From contig CAVZIN010000010.1 of the NCBI GenBank assembly GCA_963775315.1, positions 170,570-234,569 of the forward strand: DNA of 64,000 bases, given 5' to 3'. The notes below the pieces were generated by a model. That model worked only from the letters and a program-made list of their open reading frames with translations. It did no database searches and was not told the origin of the DNA. Below, in pieces: positions 61,012 through 64,000 of the stretch. A program made the position numbers and the translations under genes. Every line of letters starts with the position of its first letter. Positions within the stretch are counted from its first letter, which is position 1. The DNA is from an uncultured Alphaproteobacteria bacterium. GTDB lineage: Bacteria; Pseudomonadota; Alphaproteobacteria; MPNO01; DASWLB01.

Positions 61012-64000
61012 GTGAGCGGCGCCGGCGGCATACGCGCTGCGCTCGAGGGCAAGCGCGGGTCGCAATTCTGGCGCTCGCTGGAGGAGCTGGCGGCGGCGCC
61101 GGACTTCCTCGACCACCTCCACAATGAATGGCCGCGCCAGGCTGGCATCTGGGACCAGGCCGTGGACCGGCGCCACCTCCTGCGGCTGATGGGGGCGAGC
61201 CTCGCGCTCGCCGGCCTTGCCGGCTGCGGCCGGTCGCCAGAGAAGATCGTGCCCTATGTGCGCCAGCCGGCGGGCGCGACGCCGGGCGAGCCGCGCCATT
61301 ACGCGACCGCGCTGGTCCATGACGGCTATGCCCGCCCGGTGATCGGCGAGGCCTATGACGGGCGGCCGACGCAGCTCGCCGGCAATCCGGACCATCCGGC
61401 GAGCCGCGGCGCGACCAGCGCGTTCGACCAGGCGGCCATCCTGGGACTCTACGACCCCGACCGCTCGCAGGCGGTGCGCCGCAAGGGCGTCGTCGACACG
61501 TACGAACTCGTTCCTCGCCATGCTGATCGATGCGCGCGCGCACTGGCGCACGACAGGCGGGAAAGGCTTCGCGATCCTCACCGGACGCGTCACCTCGCCG
61601 ACGCTCCTCGCGGCCATCGCGACGCTGCGCAAGACCTATCCCGACCTCCGCTGGTATGGCCATGAGCCGGTGGACGGCGCGGCGGCCGCGGAGGGCGCGA
61701 AGCTCGCCTTCGGTCGCACGCTCGATACGATCTACCGGTTCGAGGACGCGCGCGTCGTCGTGTCGCTCGACGGCGATTTCCTCGATGCGGCCTCGCCCGG
61801 CCAGACCGCCTACGCGCGGGAATTCATGGCTGGCCGCAAGGCGCCGGAGCGGCGCGCGCCGACGCGCCTCTATGCGGTCGAATCCACGCCCGGCCTCACC
61901 GGCGCCGCGGCGGAGCATGTGCTTCTGGTGAAGGCCGGCCGGGTAGAGATGCTGGCGCGTGGCCTCGCCCAGCGCCTCGGCATCGACGCGGTGGGACCGG
62001 ACGAGATGACCGCACGCGAGCGGCGGTGGCTCGACGCGGCAGCACGCGACCTCGCCGCGCACCATGGCGCAGCACCCGTCGCCGTCGGCTCCACCCAGCC
62101 GCCAGTGGTGCATGCGCTGGCGCACGCGATCAACGACCGGCTCGGCAATTCCGGACACACGGTCCACTATGTCGAGCCGGTAGCCGCGTCGCCCGACGGC
62201 GACGTCGCCGCGCTCGCGCGCGACCTCGCCGCGGGCCGGATCGAGACGCTGGCAAGCTTCGCCGAGAATCCCGCCTACAGCGCGCCGGCGGATCTTGGCC
62301 TCGCCGACTTGATCCGGACCAGGACGCGCCTGTTCATCCATTCCGGCCTGTACGTTGACGAGACGGCGCGGATCGCCGACTGGCACGTCCCCGCGCGCCA
62401 TGACCTCGAAAGCTGGGGCGACGCGCGTGCGTTCGACGGCACGGTCACGATCCAGCAGCCGCTGATCGAGCCGCTTTACGAGGGCCGCAGCGCGATCGAG
62501 CTGATCGCGGCCTTCGCGGGGCGGGACGATGCGGCTCCGCGCACGCTGGTGCGCGAACATTGGCAAGCGGTGCGAGGTGAACAGGACTTCGAGGCGTTCT
62601 GGCGCGGCGCCCTGAAGGCGGGCGTGGTCGAAGGAACCGCGGCCACGCCCGTCACGCCCACGCTCCGCGCCAATCTCGGCGGCGCGCGGGACCGTCCGAC
62701 GCAACCGGATGCGCGCCCCGGCATCGAGGTGCAGTTCCGCCCCGACCCATCGGCATGGGACGGGCGCTATATCAACAATGGCTGGCTGCAGGAGCTAGCG
62801 CGGCCGCTGACCAAGCTGGTGTGGGGCAACGCCGCCATGATCGCGCCTGCCCATGCCGCGCGGCTCGGAATCGAGAGGGGCCGCCACGTTCGCATCGTGC
62901 GCGGCGGACGCGCCGTCGAGGCGCCCGTCTGGGTGCTGCCCGGCCAGCCCGACGAGACCGTAACCCTGACGCTGGGCTATGGCCGCGCGGAGGCGGGGCG
63001 GGTCGGCGGCGGGTTGGGCTACGACGCCTATCGCCTGCGCACGAGTGACGCGCCGTGGTTCGCCGCAGGGGCGCGCATTGAGGTCCTGCCCGCGACCAGC
63101 GACCTCGTCACCACGCAGCATCACCACGCGATCGAAGGGCGCGGCCTGGTGCGCACGGCCACCTGGGGCGAATACCGCGCCGACCCGCACTTCGCGACGC
63201 GCCCGCCATACGAGGCGCCGACGACGTCGCTCTATCCCGAGCCGAGCCCCACCGCGCGCTCGCCCGGCGAGGACGGCTGGACGCCCTACGCGTGGGGCAT
63301 GGTGATAGACACGGAAAGCTGCATCGGCTGCAACGCCTGCATCGTCGCCTGCCAGTCGGAGAACAACTGGCCCATCGTGGGGGCGGAGGAGGTGGCACGC
63401 GGGCGCGAGATGCAGTGGCTGCGCATCGACCGCTACTACGCGGGCCCGCCCGACAGCCCGGCGACCGTGTTCCAGCCGGTGCCCTGCATGCAGTGCGAGA
63501 ACGCGCCCTGCGAATACGTCTGCCCGGTCGAAGCCACGCAGCACAGCTCGGAAGGGCTGAACGAGATGGTCTATAACCGCTGCATCGGCACGCGGTACTG
63601 CTCGCAGAACTGTCCCTACAAGGTGCGGCGCTTCAACTGGTTCGACTATACCCGCCCGGCCGCCGACCACCCCTCCAGCAAGATGGCCGACAACCCGCAG
63701 GTGACGGTGCGCTCGCGCGGGGTCATGGAGAAATGCACCTATTGCGTCCAGCGCATCGACCGCGCGCACATTCGGGCCGATCGCGAAAACCGCACCATCG
63801 CCGAGGGCGAGGTGACCACCGCCTGCCAGGACGCTTGCCCGACACGCGCCATCGTGTTCGGCGACATCAACAACCCGGAGAGCGCCGTGCGCCGGCTGAA
63901 GGATACGCCGCGCAACTACGGCATGCTGGCCGAACTGAACACCCGGCCGCGCACGACCTACCTCGCGGGCGTCACCGACCCCAACCCCGATCTCGAATCC
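61012..64000 (+). pseudogene. actB: Alternative Complex III molybdopterin-like / 4Fe-4S subunit, frameshift near 61500, 3' end outside the window
   Basis: Tat-type signal (RRHLLRLMGASLALAG). The frame changes after ..AVRRKGVVDT. The +1 frame stays open from ~61500 to 64000 and carries Fe-S motifs CIGCNACIVAC, CMQCENAPCEYVCP and CIGTRYCSQNCP. Confidence 0.7.

Overview
High-GC chromosomal window that looks alphaproteobacterial and Sphingomonadales-like by gene content; the taxon cannot be proven from this sequence. There are four blocks. (1) 1-6.5 kb is the right end of a podovirus-like prophage. It carries tail tubular/nozzle-like genes, a tail-fibre-like gene and an overlapped Rz/Rz1 spanin pair, and it abuts tRNA-Pro(CGG). 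It contains an exact 590-bp inverted duplication of an internal piece of the nozzle gene, which disrupts the next gene(s). (2) 6.7-28.2 kb is core genome: ispB, glyQS, ppdK, ygfZ, a GT9/GT2/GT4/asparagine-synthase glycan cluster with an IS630 element inserted in its stop-codon TA, a dihydroorotase-like gene, an acuI-like gene, rpoH, rluD and a dihaem cytochrome c. (3) 28.3-56.7 kb is a ~28.5-kb integrative island in tRNA-Glu(CTC), bounded by 44-bp direct repeats. Its cargo is a co-directional defence array, a second recombinase module, the kdpFABCDE operon and a P4-type integrase. The defence array has an SNF2-family helicase plus a divergent Hsp70/actin-fold ATPase, then a translationally coupled type I R-M operon (hsdM, hsdS, a GmrSD-like DUF262/HNH gene, a frameshifted hsdR, and a DUF45 peptidase). 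(4) 56.7-64 kb holds a PRC-barrel gene remnant, an IS5/IS427-group element, a DUF6745-like gene, and the start of an Alternative Complex III operon (actA, actB) with apparent frameshifts. The best candidate for an undescribed system is the SNF2 helicase + Hsp70-like ATPase cassette (38031-43037), which I cannot assign to any named defence system. No CRISPR array or rRNA gene was seen. Many long antisense or alternative-frame ORFs in the track are high-GC artefacts and were ignored.
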